From IMG/VR virus record IMGVR_UViG_3300025770_000870, positions 177,919-241,918 of that record: a stretch of 64,000 bases of DNA. The stretch is one strand, 5' to 3'. This document shows positions 9,270 to 17,809 of this stretch, piece by piece; the stretch's first letter is position 1, and each line of letters opens with the position of its first letter. The notes beneath the pieces were generated by a model, which was not told the origin of the DNA, ran no database searches, and saw nothing but the letters and a program-made list of their open reading frames with translations. The position numbers were made by a program, and so were the translations under genes.

Positions 9270-10553
9270 ATGAAGAATCTTAAACTCGAGTTGTTTAACT
9301 TCAAGAAAAATCTTTCACTTGATCAAGAAGACGTTGCACTTATTGTAGAGGGGCATATGAATGCTTGTAATGAGCATGCCGAGAAAGCAATAATTAATTC
9401 TCTTAATGAGAAATTAAGATCTTTCACGTATGATAGCGCTGTGAAGGGTCTATTGGAGAGTTTAAACGATGATATGTCAAATCACGAACTAATATATGAA
9501 TTAAAAAGTTTATATAATGTTCTTAATACCCAAAACCAAGGAGAGCTTTATAGACAACCAATTAATGTTCTTTTACAAACAATCAATTTAGAATCTGATG
9601 AAGATAGAATGTCTAAGGTTTTGAATGAATTAGCTATTTATGACTGGGTTCCAGAAATTAAAGTATTTGTTCATAACTTAACAAAGTCTCCGGAGAAAAG
9701 AAATAACCTATTGAGTGGTGGTTCTGGTGAGTCAGTATTCACTATTGTTGAATCTGTTGAAGATGGTCACATCGCTTTAATTAAAGATTCTTGGTTCTTA
9801 CTTACAGAAAATGTTATTGAAAAAACACTTTTAGAAAACCATGTTAAAAATGAAGAAGACTTAAAAAGTCTTAGAATGATTGAATCAGCTATGAAATATG
9901 CTACTATCAGTGAAGATAGAGTTAATTTCAGAATATCTGAATATCTAACAATTGGTCTTTCTGTTAGTAAAAAAGGTGGTATCTTTATTAATGAAGATGA
10001 ATTAAATGAAGAAACTACATTAGAAAGTCTTTTCTCATCTCCAATTGTTCCTATTGTTAACAAAAACTTTTACCCTATTTTACTTGAGGTATCTCATAAT
10101 ATGGATAAATTTGTTGAATTGGATGTTGTTAAAAAGATTAATAACTTAATCAACCCTTATTTAGAGTGTTTTGCATTCAATTATAAAAACACTACTTTCT
10201 TATATAGATGTGATGAGAGATATGGTAATTCATTCTTTAAGTATGAATCAGCTATCGAACTTGTTAATGAAGTAAGAAATGAACTTAATTATGATTTGAC
10301 ATATTTTTATGAAAATAAATTAGATGGTGAGTTAATCATTAAGAGAAAGCTTGAAGATAAAGAAAGAGAAATCACTCTTAAATTAGAGGATGTCAATTTC
10401 AATATTGAAAAGGTTAAAGGTTCTATACAAATGATTGGTGAATCGGAAGTTTTATCAACAGCTCTTAATAACCTAGAGAAAAGAAAAGTAAATCTTGATG
10501 GTGAATTATTGGGTATTAAAGAAGTACAATTCAAAGAAGTAACTAAACTTTAA
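9270..10553 (+). CDS. late-expressed hypothetical protein (possible head/core protein)
   Basis: 427-aa ORF behind TTAATATATA, many [LI]-x-E sites, followed by a terminator. Confidence 0.6.
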   Translation: MKNLKLELFNFKKNLSLDQEDVALIVEGHMNACNEHAEKAIINSLNEKLRSFTYDSAVKGLLESLNDDMSNHELIYELKSLYNVLNTQNQGELYRQPINVLLQTINLESDEDRMSKVLNELAIYDWVPEIKVFVHNLTKSPEKRNNLLSGGSGESVFTIVESVEDGHIALIKDSWFLLTENVIEKTLLENHVKNEEDLKSLRMIESAMKYATISEDRVNFRISEYLTIGLSVSKKGGIFINEDELNEETTLESLFSSPIVPIVNKNFYPILLEVSHNMDKFVELDVVKKINNLINPYLECFAFNYKNTTFLYRCDERYGNSFFKYESAIELVNEVRNELNYDLTYFYENKLDGELIIKRKLEDKEREITLKLEDVNFNIEKVKGSIQMIGESEVLSTALNNLEKRKVNLDGELLGIKEVQFKEVTKL

Positions 10554-10571
10554 TTATAAAAAATAAATATT

Positions 10572-10603
10572 AAAAAATCCTCAAAGAAATTTGAGGATTT
10601 TTT
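10572..10603 (+). terminator. intrinsic terminator
   Basis: AAAATCCTCAAA-gaaa-TTTGAGGATTTTTT. Confidence 0.8.
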
Positions 10604-10691
10604 GTTTATATAAACTTTTCATGATTTAGTCCTATAACATGAAAGCATGAAAGAACAAATAGAGTTCTATAAAAAAATAAATGCTAATTAA

Positions 10692-11057
10692 ATGTACTTA
10701 AATAATAAAGATTTATATGTAGAGATTATCGTATCAAAAGCCCAAGGAAGATTAACCAGATCGGCTGAAAAAATGTTAGAACTTCTAGCTAAAAAAACAA
10801 TCAAAAAAATGAGATACTACTCAAATGACGACAAAATGGATTGTTATCAAAGTGGGTTGTTGGATATGTTCCAAAACTGGTTCAACTTCAATGAGGAAAA
10901 ATCGGTTAATGCCTTCGCATACTTTACAGAAGTCTTCAAGAGAGGTATTGCCAAGGGTTATAATGAACTTTATAAGAAAAAAGGTGATAACGAACACAAA
11001 ATAAAATTAATCTCAATAGAGGGTTCTAATGATGGTCAAGGTATTCACTCTTTGTAA
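10692..11057 (+). CDS. late-transcription sigma factor (T4 gp55-like, short)
   Basis: MYLNNKDLY start and NFNEEKSVNAFAYFT match gp55 blocks YVNNKEL and NF.PEK..N.FAYFT. Confidence 0.8.
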   Translation: MYLNNKDLYVEIIVSKAQGRLTRSAEKMLELLAKKTIKKMRYYSNDDKMDCYQSGLLDMFQNWFNFNEEKSVNAFAYFTEVFKRGIAKGYNELYKKKGDNEHKIKLISIEGSNDGQGIHSL

Positions 11058-11143
11058 TAAGTCATCAAAGGTATTCACATGTTTGGTCGGATCTCCGAAT
11101 TTGAGAGAAACCAAATAAGAAAACAGAAAATAAATAAGATACT

Positions 11144-11178
11144 AAAAAACCCACTCAAATAAATGAGTGGGTTTTTTT
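11144..11178. terminator. bidirectional intrinsic terminator
   Basis: AAAAAACCCACTCA-aataaa-TGAGTGGGTTTTTTT between convergent genes. Confidence 0.85.
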
Positions 11179-11196
11179 ATTTAATATAAATTATAT

Positions 11197-12279
11197 TTAT
11201 ACTGAAACTGGTACTTCACTAAATATCGTCTCTAACATTCTTTCAGTAACTTGGTATGGGTCACAATTAGAAGCTGGTCTTCTATCTTCAAAATACCCTT
11301 TCTTATCAACAATTGATTGTGCTGGTATTCTAATACTTGTGTCTCTCGTACTGTAACCGTGTGTAAATTCGTGTATAGTTGAAGTTTCATGTTCTCCTGT
11401 CATTCTCTTATCATTCTCTAATCCATATACTGCCATGTGCTCTTTGTGAGTTTCTTTTAATTTCATAACAGCTTCATCTATTAAAGATAATCCACCTTCT
11501 TCTCTCATTTCCTTTGTTGAGAAGTTAACGTGACACCCTGATCCATTCCAATCACCAGTCATTGGCTTTGGGTGTAATGATACAATAACATTGTATTTTT
11601 CAGCTACCCTTTCTAATAAGTATCTAGATACCCACATTTGGTCACATCCATTTAGTGGTTTCACTGGTCCAATTTGATATTCCCATTGGCCTAACATAAC
11701 TTCCGCATTTACTCCTGAGATGTCTAAATCAATTTCTATACACATATTCATATGATCTTCAACTATACCTCTACCAACAACACTATCAGATCCTATACCA
11801 CAATAATAATCTCCTTGTTGTCTTGGTTCACCTTTTTCGAATCCTAATGGTAGTGCTCCATTCGTTCCAAATGGATTTCTATCTTTCTTCGTTAAAGTGT
11901 ATTCTTGTTCCCATCCAAACCAAGGTAATTCATCCTTTTCGATTGTTTCGTCTATACCTAGTTCTTCGATTTTTTCTTGTAGTTTGTTTCTGTGATTACT
12001 TTCGTGTTGTGTACCATCTGGGTTTAATACCTCACAAAAAACTAATTTGTTTTGGTCACCTCTAAATGGGTCCTTAGTTATGAAAACTGGATTTAGTAAA
12101 CAATCTGTATTCTTCCCCTTTCCCGCTTCTGCTTGTTTTGTTGAACTTCCATCAAATGACCACATTGAGTAGTCTTCCACTTTTAAGGAATCCTTTGTTT
12201 TAATTACTTTTGTTTTACTTCTTAGTTGTTGTGGATTTGACCCATCCAACCATATATACTCTAATTTAATATTTTGCAT
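11197..12279 (-). CDS. glnII: glutamine synthetase type II
   Basis: EYIWLDG, FDGSST, NAEVMLGQWEYQIGP, WNGSGCHVNFST, YFEDRRPASNCDPY. Confidence 0.95.
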   Translation of the reverse strand: MQNIKLEYIWLDGSNPQQLRSKTKVIKTKDSLKVEDYSMWSFDGSSTKQAEAGKGKNTDCLLNPVFITKDPFRGDQNKLVFCEVLNPDGTQHESNHRNKLQEKIEELGIDETIEKDELPWFGWEQEYTLTKKDRNPFGTNGALPLGFEKGEPRQQGDYYCGIGSDSVVGRGIVEDHMNMCIEIDLDISGVNAEVMLGQWEYQIGPVKPLNGCDQMWVSRYLLERVAEKYNVIVSLHPKPMTGDWNGSGCHVNFSTKEMREEGGLSLIDEAVMKLKETHKEHMAVYGLENDKRMTGEHETSTIHEFTHGYSTRDTSIRIPAQSIVDKKGYFEDRRPASNCDPYQVTERMLETIFSEVPVSV

Positions 12280-12375
12280 AAAAATAGTTTTTGTTTTTGT
12301 TTTTATTTTTATTTTTACTTTTTTTTTAAACTTTGTTTACTTTTTAATATAAAAAAACATATATAAAATATAATT

Positions 12376-12672
12376 ATGAATAAAGTTATTTTACAAATAT
12401 GGGAAGAATCAGAGAGGGGTCAAGGATCACGGCCTGATGGTTGCTCTTTACACATTGATTTAAATAATCAAAAAAAATATGTAAAGGATTCTTATGAAGA
12501 TAGAAGTGGTGATGTTCCTGATACCTATGAAAGAATTGTTGGTGATCCAATAGAGGCTTTTATTGATGATGGTTTATTTGATATTATCAATGAAGATAAA
12601 AATGTTAGATTATTTGAAAATGAGTTAAATAATCTAATAAAAATGGAAGAAATTATAATAAATCATGATTAA
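12376..12672 (+). CDS. hypothetical phage protein
   Basis: 98-aa ORF with WEESERG.G.RPDG.SLH block; AAACT-N15-TATAAA upstream. Confidence 0.65.
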   Translation: MNKVILQIWEESERGQGSRPDGCSLHIDLNNQKKYVKDSYEDRSGDVPDTYERIVGDPIEAFIDDGLFDIINEDKNVRLFENELNNLIKMEEIIINHD

Positions 12673-13006
12673 TGTATTTTACATATTACCTATTTTATTC
12701 ATTTTTATGAATGTTTATCATATGCTTAAGAATAAGCAATTAGATAAGAGATTTAGAGAAAGAGATATAATTGGTATGTCAAGATTGGATATTATATATT
12801 ATTTTACTAAAATTTCATATTGGATATGGGTACCAATTGGTTTCTTTACTAATCAACCAGAACTATTCTATGTATTATTTGTTTTGGGATTTTTGAAATT
12901 TCCCACTTACCATTTTAATAAAAATATTTTCAGGATCTATAATGATATATACCCAATTTTTTCTATATCCACACTAATTACAATTTTTTTTCATTGGTTG
13001 TTTTGA
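12665..13006 (+). CDS. small multi-pass membrane protein
   Basis: several hydrophobic segments; overlaps the upstream ORF. Confidence 0.6.
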   Translation: MINVFYILPILFIFMNVYHMLKNKQLDKRFRERDIIGMSRLDIIYYFTKISYWIWVPIGFFTNQPELFYVLFVLGFLKFPTYHFNKNIFRIYNDIYPIFSISTLITIFFHWLF

Positions 13007-13839
13007 AATTCGTACCATTTTTCAATATTAATAGATTCTGATACATCAAAGTTTTTAAAATTCTTAATTCTTGGTAATCTACCTTTCCATTTTTTATTTA
13101 AAAATAATAGTTTGTTTTTATCAATTTTACAATTTTTATTCGAAATACTACCCTCATTAAAAAGGTTTATCATTTCATCCATACTTAATGTTTTATGTTT
13201 TTTGTCAAAATTTGGATCCGGATGCGACCATCCAAATTTTACTAACCAATTTAATAAAACTTCTTTACTATATTCTTTGTAATCCTCTGTTGTTCCATTA
13301 CCAGTTCTTTTCGATAGTTTTTTATTACCTTCGAATAAAAGACCAGCATGTGTTATTTCTGGAAATTGTTTATCAGACTCAACCTCACAAATTTTATTCC
13401 ATATTATTCTTTGTTTTATTTCATTAGAAATATGATCTACACCTCTTACTATATTTGTTACGTCATAATCATAATCATCTAATATAGAAGAGAAGTTATA
13501 GGTTGGGAATCCATTATTTCTAAGTATAACCATTTCATAACCACCCATATCTAACACATAACCCTTTTCAGTTTTCGTTCCGATTTTCTCAGCAACTTCT
13601 TTATATCTGTCTAATCTTTCTGATTGTCTAAATGTTATATCACTATCCAAACCAAATTTATTCATTTGATCATAGATATAATCTATCCATTCTGGTTTAT
13701 TTCTTTCTTGATCGGTGTCATCAATACGTAGTATGAAAGTACCATTGTTAGCTTTAGCCATTAAATAGTTTAGCAATGCTGTTCTTAAAGTTCCTAAGTG
13801 GAATTGTCCTGTTGGTGACGGAGCTACTCTTGTTATCAT
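12991..13839 (-). CDS. minimal glutamyl-tRNA synthetase-like protein (no anticodon-binding domain)
   Basis: RVAPSPTG, HLGT (HIGH), LRIDDTD, QSER, RGVDH, KLSKR (KMSKS), LGWS-like FGWS; only 282 aa. Confidence 0.85.
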   Translation of the reverse strand: MITRVAPSPTGQFHLGTLRTALLNYLMAKANNGTFILRIDDTDQERNKPEWIDYIYDQMNKFGLDSDITFRQSERLDRYKEVAEKIGTKTEKGYVLDMGGYEMVILRNNGFPTYNFSSILDDYDYDVTNIVRGVDHISNEIKQRIIWNKICEVESDKQFPEITHAGLLFEGNKKLSKRTGNGTTEDYKEYSKEVLLNWLVKFGWSHPDPNFDKKHKTLSMDEMINLFNEGSISNKNCKIDKNKLLFLNKKWKGRLPRIKNFKNFDVSESINIEKWYEFQNNQ

Positions 13840-13894
13840 AATAATATTATTTTTACTTATTAAGTATATATTAAAAATAATATGAGTAAATTTT

Positions 13895-14416
13895 TTAACT
13901 AAACATTTTCAAATGATCTTCTGTTATTATAATAAATTCATAACCCTTTTTATTACACCAATTTATCATAGTTTCCCATTTATTCTTGTTCTTATATGCC
14001 ATTTTTAAGTCATACTCGAAGTTTTTCAACTTTTTAGTTCCTTTTTCAGGAACACTAAGTTTACCAGCATTAAGAGCGATTACCATATTATATTCCTTTT
14101 TAGGTTTTACTTCAACAACTACTTGTTTTAGTACACCATTTACCCTCATTTCATAATAGAAATCTACATAATACGTATGTTTTTTAACTTTAGCATCTCC
14201 ATTTTCAAAATGTGTCATTTGGTAAGGTATATTTAAACATTCGGCTCCCCACATTGTTACTTGATCATTATTATCTAACCAAAACATTATTTTCTTTTCC
14301 CAAGAACTCCTATAATAAAGTCCACGTTCAGCATTTAACTTTATCACTTTATCTTTATTTTTTGGTATATAATTACCACCATGATATTTAGAATTATTTG
14401 GTTTCGAGTTTAACAT
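13895..14416 (-). CDS. head completion protein (T4 gp4-like, TnsA-type nuclease fold)
   Basis: YRSSWE, HTYYVDF, VEVKP, W...GYEFIIITE. Confidence 0.9.
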   Translation of the reverse strand: MLNSKPNNSKYHGGNYIPKNKDKVIKLNAERGLYYRSSWEKKIMFWLDNNDQVTMWGAECLNIPYQMTHFENGDAKVKKHTYYVDFYYEMRVNGVLKQVVVEVKPKKEYNMVIALNAGKLSVPEKGTKKLKNFEYDLKMAYKNKNKWETMINWCNKKGYEFIIITEDHLKMFS

Positions 14417-14455
14417 TATGATTATAATTTTTTTTATATATAAAAGAAAAATGTC

Positions 14456-15172
14456 TTGATGGGTGAATTAGCAGAAAGAGTTAAAATAAATTTATTGGTT
14501 AATGGTAATGGCATTCCGGATAACTTCAAAAATAATTCTTTATTTTTTTATAATAAATATCAAGAATCTACTAAGGAGGTTCTAGGAGTTTCTGTTACTG
14601 ATATACAACCTGGAGGGTTTTATTTTATACACTATTTAGATACCTCTAGTTGGATGCAATTTTCTCCAGTTTTTGTATCTGATTATAAGAAATTCTCAAA
14701 TAAAATTATTATATTTGCTATCAACTTTAACTTTATACCTATTGAGGTTAGAACATTGTTATTTGATCAGTATGTTAGTGAACAAGACTTTGAGAATGAT
14801 GCTTTATTAAAAGTTGATTATAAAGGTGTTTATGATAAATTAAGAGATTTGGGTTTTGAATATGCTATGGTGGAGTATGATGCTTCAAGAGTTAAATTAG
14901 TACATAAAATAGAATTAGACCTATTACCAAGATTTTTATATTCACAACATCCTAAAAATATTTATGACCCTAAGAAGTTAATACAAATATGGGATGCTAA
15001 GATAGCTAATAGGGATGAGAGACATAAAGAAATGATGATGGCTAGTATAGATGAATTCTTTGATATAAATAATGATATATCGGAGAAGTATGGTGTTCTT
15101 AGAAACCACGTTTCTAGAATACGAAATAATATGAAGAAGTATGGACCGGGAGGTTCTAACACATGGACTTAA
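14456..15172 (+). CDS. DNA end-protector (T4 gp2-like), tentative
   Basis: PGGFYFIHY...SPVF...AINFNFIP resembles the gp2 G.MY.F.Y...P....GLNLHY pattern; adjacent to gp4-like gene. Confidence 0.5.
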   Translation: MMGELAERVKINLLVNGNGIPDNFKNNSLFFYNKYQESTKEVLGVSVTDIQPGGFYFIHYLDTSSWMQFSPVFVSDYKKFSNKIIIFAINFNFIPIEVRTLLFDQYVSEQDFENDALLKVDYKGVYDKLRDLGFEYAMVEYDASRVKLVHKIELDLLPRFLYSQHPKNIYDPKKLIQIWDAKIANRDERHKEMMMASIDEFFDINNDISEKYGVLRNHVSRIRNNMKKYGPGGSNTWT

Positions 15173-15184
15173 AAAATAATAATA

Positions 15185-15535
15185 ATGAGAATTTTCAGAA
15201 AAAGTAAAAAAGAACTTAGTGGTGATGTAAAACCTATGGGTATTAAATATACAATAGAAAGACCAAGTGAGTCTGATATTGCTAACTTACAGAGGCAAAG
15301 AGAAAATATGAAAAAGCCAATTACTAATAAGGTTGATAAGATGATTTTACAGGATATTTCGGATAGATTATATGGTCCTGATTCTGATGATTATATTAAA
15401 TCGTTGAATAAATTGAATAAATTATTTAAACCTAGAGCTGGAAAATCATGTAATGATTTCTTTGATCCAGATATAGTGGAGAATGTCAAGAAAAACCAGA
15501 AAAAAATAAATGAAATAATAAAACACGAGTCTTAG
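15185..15535 (+). CDS. hypothetical protein
   Basis: 116-aa ORF ending inside a terminator hairpin. Confidence 0.6.
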   Translation: MRIFRKSKKELSGDVKPMGIKYTIERPSESDIANLQRQRENMKKPITNKVDKMILQDISDRLYGPDSDDYIKSLNKLNKLFKPRAGKSCNDFFDPDIVENVKKNQKKINEIIKHES

Positions 15536-15548
15536 CTCGTGTTTTTTT
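15520..15548 (+). terminator. intrinsic terminator
   Basis: AAAACACGAG-tcttag-CTCGTGTTTT plus T-run. Confidence 0.75.
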
Positions 15549-15608
15549 GTTACAGGAGGTAGGTGTTAAAATTAATATATAACTTAAATTTTTAAATTAT
15601 TTTAATAT

Positions 15609-17306
15609 ATGCCATCATATAATAACTTTAACGGAGCAGCAGGAGCAGATTCTAACTTCGCTGCTAGTAATTCAGCAGTTGAGAATAAAGGACTATTTAG
15701 TCGTATTCTAAGAAACCTTTCAAATTATGGTATGAACTATGATGATATGATCATCAGAAATCAAGTTGGTATCGGTATAAATGAGGATCCATATTCAGCT
15801 AGAGGTAATTCGATGTATGATTTCTTTAGTCAGAGAGCTGTGGCTTCTGTTTTGAATAGAAAGTCAATACCTTATCTAGATAAAGCATATGGTGATAAGA
15901 GAAGAATACTTAGAGAGTATTCTATTAAGGATGAAATAAGAGATTTTGTGAGTACTATATCGGATGAGTCTATTGTTTTTAATGATGATGTTGCCTTTTG
16001 CTCACCTAAATCACTATCAAATGAATATCCACAAGAAGTAAGAGATAAGTATCAAGAATATTTCGAAAAAATATACAATAAGTATGGATTTTCTGATGGT
16101 ATTAGTGCTTGGGATATGATGAGAGATTTCCTTATTGATGGTTATATAGCTATTGAGATTATATATGATGATAAGAAAAAGAATATTGTTGGTTTCAATA
16201 GAATGAGACCAGAAACTTTAGTACCTGCTTATGAACCAGCTATTGGACACTTATGGATACAATTTCCAGAGGATCCACAATTAAGGAGAATATTTTTAGA
16301 TTCACAAATAGTTTATATATCATATTCAACACAGAATGATTATTCAGAAACTTCTTATGTTGAAGGTTTGATAAAACCATATAATCAATTAAAAATATTA
16401 GAACAAACTAGAATAATGTTCAATGTTATAAACGCTACTCTTTATCAAAAATTTACAATTCCTATTAAAGGATTGTCTAGACAAAGAGCAGAAGAACAAA
16501 TAGGTCAGTTAATACATGATTATTCAGAAGAAGTTGAGTGGGATGATAGTCTAGGAACACTTACTATCAATGGTGCTAAGCACTTACCTTACAATAAACA
16601 AATATGGTTTCCTGAGGGAGATGCTGGTACTCCTAATATGGAGATGGTTTCACCAGAAGGTCATGATTTGAATGATGAAACTATGTTATCTTGGTTTTAT
16701 AAGTCTCTTAAAAGAGCTTCTAAGATACCTATATCTAGATTCGAAGGTGAAAATGGTGGTGGTAACCTTTTTGGTGACGCTTCTGAGATGACTAGAGATG
16801 AGATTAAATTTCACAATTTTATTAGTAGATTAAGAGCTAACTTTAAAGAACTTATTGTTAAGCCACTTAAATTACAAATGTTAATTGAGTTTCCTGAATT
16901 AACAGAGGATGAGGTATTTACTAATAGAGTTGATATTGACTTCTATACTAATCAAATATTTGAAGATTGGAAGAAGATAAATAACTTAGCTAAGAAATCA
17001 GAAATAGTTGGAACTTTATTAGGTGTTATGAGAACAGATGAAAAACCTTATTTTCACATTGAGTGGATAATGGATAATATATTCAAGCTTACTCCAGAGG
17101 AGAAAGCTGAGAATGACAGGTATTGGGCTCGTGATGCTGGTGAAGGTGTTGGTTCTGGTGAAGAAGGCGCTGAAGGCGGAGATGATGGAGGCGACTTTGG
17201 TGAATCTGGTGATGTTGGTGGTGTAGATGATGCTGGTGGTGGAGATGATGGTGGAGATGCTGGTGGAGATGCTGGTGGAGATGACGGTGGAGAATTTGAA
17301 TTCTAA
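15609..17306 (+). CDS. portal protein (T4 gp20-like) with Gly/Asp-rich tail
   Basis: FLIDG, SYVEGLIKPYNQLKILE, ITRDE-like MTRDEIKFHNFISRLR; late promoter upstream. Confidence 0.92.
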   Translation: MPSYNNFNGAAGADSNFAASNSAVENKGLFSRILRNLSNYGMNYDDMIIRNQVGIGINEDPYSARGNSMYDFFSQRAVASVLNRKSIPYLDKAYGDKRRILREYSIKDEIRDFVSTISDESIVFNDDVAFCSPKSLSNEYPQEVRDKYQEYFEKIYNKYGFSDGISAWDMMRDFLIDGYIAIEIIYDDKKKNIVGFNRMRPETLVPAYEPAIGHLWIQFPEDPQLRRIFLDSQIVYISYSTQNDYSETSYVEGLIKPYNQLKILEQTRIMFNVINATLYQKFTIPIKGLSRQRAEEQIGQLIHDYSEEVEWDDSLGTLTINGAKHLPYNKQIWFPEGDAGTPNMEMVSPEGHDLNDETMLSWFYKSLKRASKIPISRFEGENGGGNLFGDASEMTRDEIKFHNFISRLRANFKELIVKPLKLQMLIEFPELTEDEVFTNRVDIDFYTNQIFEDWKKINNLAKKSEIVGTLLGVMRTDEKPYFHIEWIMDNIFKLTPEEKAENDRYWARDAGEGVGSGEEGAEGGDDGGDFGESGDVGGVDDAGGGDDGGDAGGDAGGDDGGEFEF

Positions 17307-17323
17307 AAGATATTTAAAAAAGG

Positions 17324-17355
17324 AAACCTCTTAAAATTAATTAAGAGGTTTTTTT
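17324..17355. terminator. bidirectional intrinsic terminator
   Basis: AAACCTCTTAA...TTAAGAGGTTTTTTT between convergent genes. Confidence 0.8.
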
Positions 17356-17809
17356 ATGCCGCAGTTTTTGGGTCGGGTATATCAAAGTAAAATTGTGTTA
17401 CGCTATTACAACTTGGAAGTTTCATTTGTTTAACTTCTAGTAAACACCCCGATTCTAATATGTTTTTTAATTCTTTACCTTTTGGTGTATCTAGAACTTT
17501 TAATACTATTTTTAACTCATCCACTTTATTATTCGTTATGATAAAAGACATTGACCTAACAAAAAATGATATACTTTTTAATAATATATCAGAATATTCT
17601 GGTTTTCCTAAACTACCATATACCGGACTATTTATTTTTGATATTTCGGTTACGTCAAATCCAATCCTTTTACCTTCGTTTAATAAAACATTAAGTTTTA
17701 TCTCACGTTTATATTGTATCCATTGTGGAAATTTAGTTAGTAATCGATCATAGTTATTTAACTCAACATCATTTCCTAAAACAACATTATATTCTAGTAA
17801 ATCATCCAT
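17354..17809 (-). CDS. degenerate prohead-protease (gp21) paralog with REIKLNVLL motif
   Basis: VYGSLGKP and LKVLDTPKGKELKNILESGC align with VYGEFDHP and IKLLSTYWGKEAKALVDDGC of the 20295 protein. Confidence 0.6.
   Translation of the reverse strand: MDDLLEYNVVLGNDVELNNYDRLLTKFPQWIQYKREIKLNVLLNEGKRIGFDVTEISKINSPVYGSLGKPEYSDILLKSISFFVRSMSFIITNNKVDELKIVLKVLDTPKGKELKNILESGCLLEVKQMKLPSCNSVTQFYFDIPDPKTAA

Noticed and set aside
11036-11080. Short direct repeat AAGGTATTCAC around the sigma-factor stop
   Set aside because: Only 11 bp and two copies; plausible by chance or local duplication, with no functional support
15185-15535. QKKINEII (and NRKLNDLI in the 88-738 ORF) as further members of the R-D-x-K tag family
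   Set aside because: They lack the conserved Arg at the expected position, and no paralogy to a core protein is visible; too weak to count
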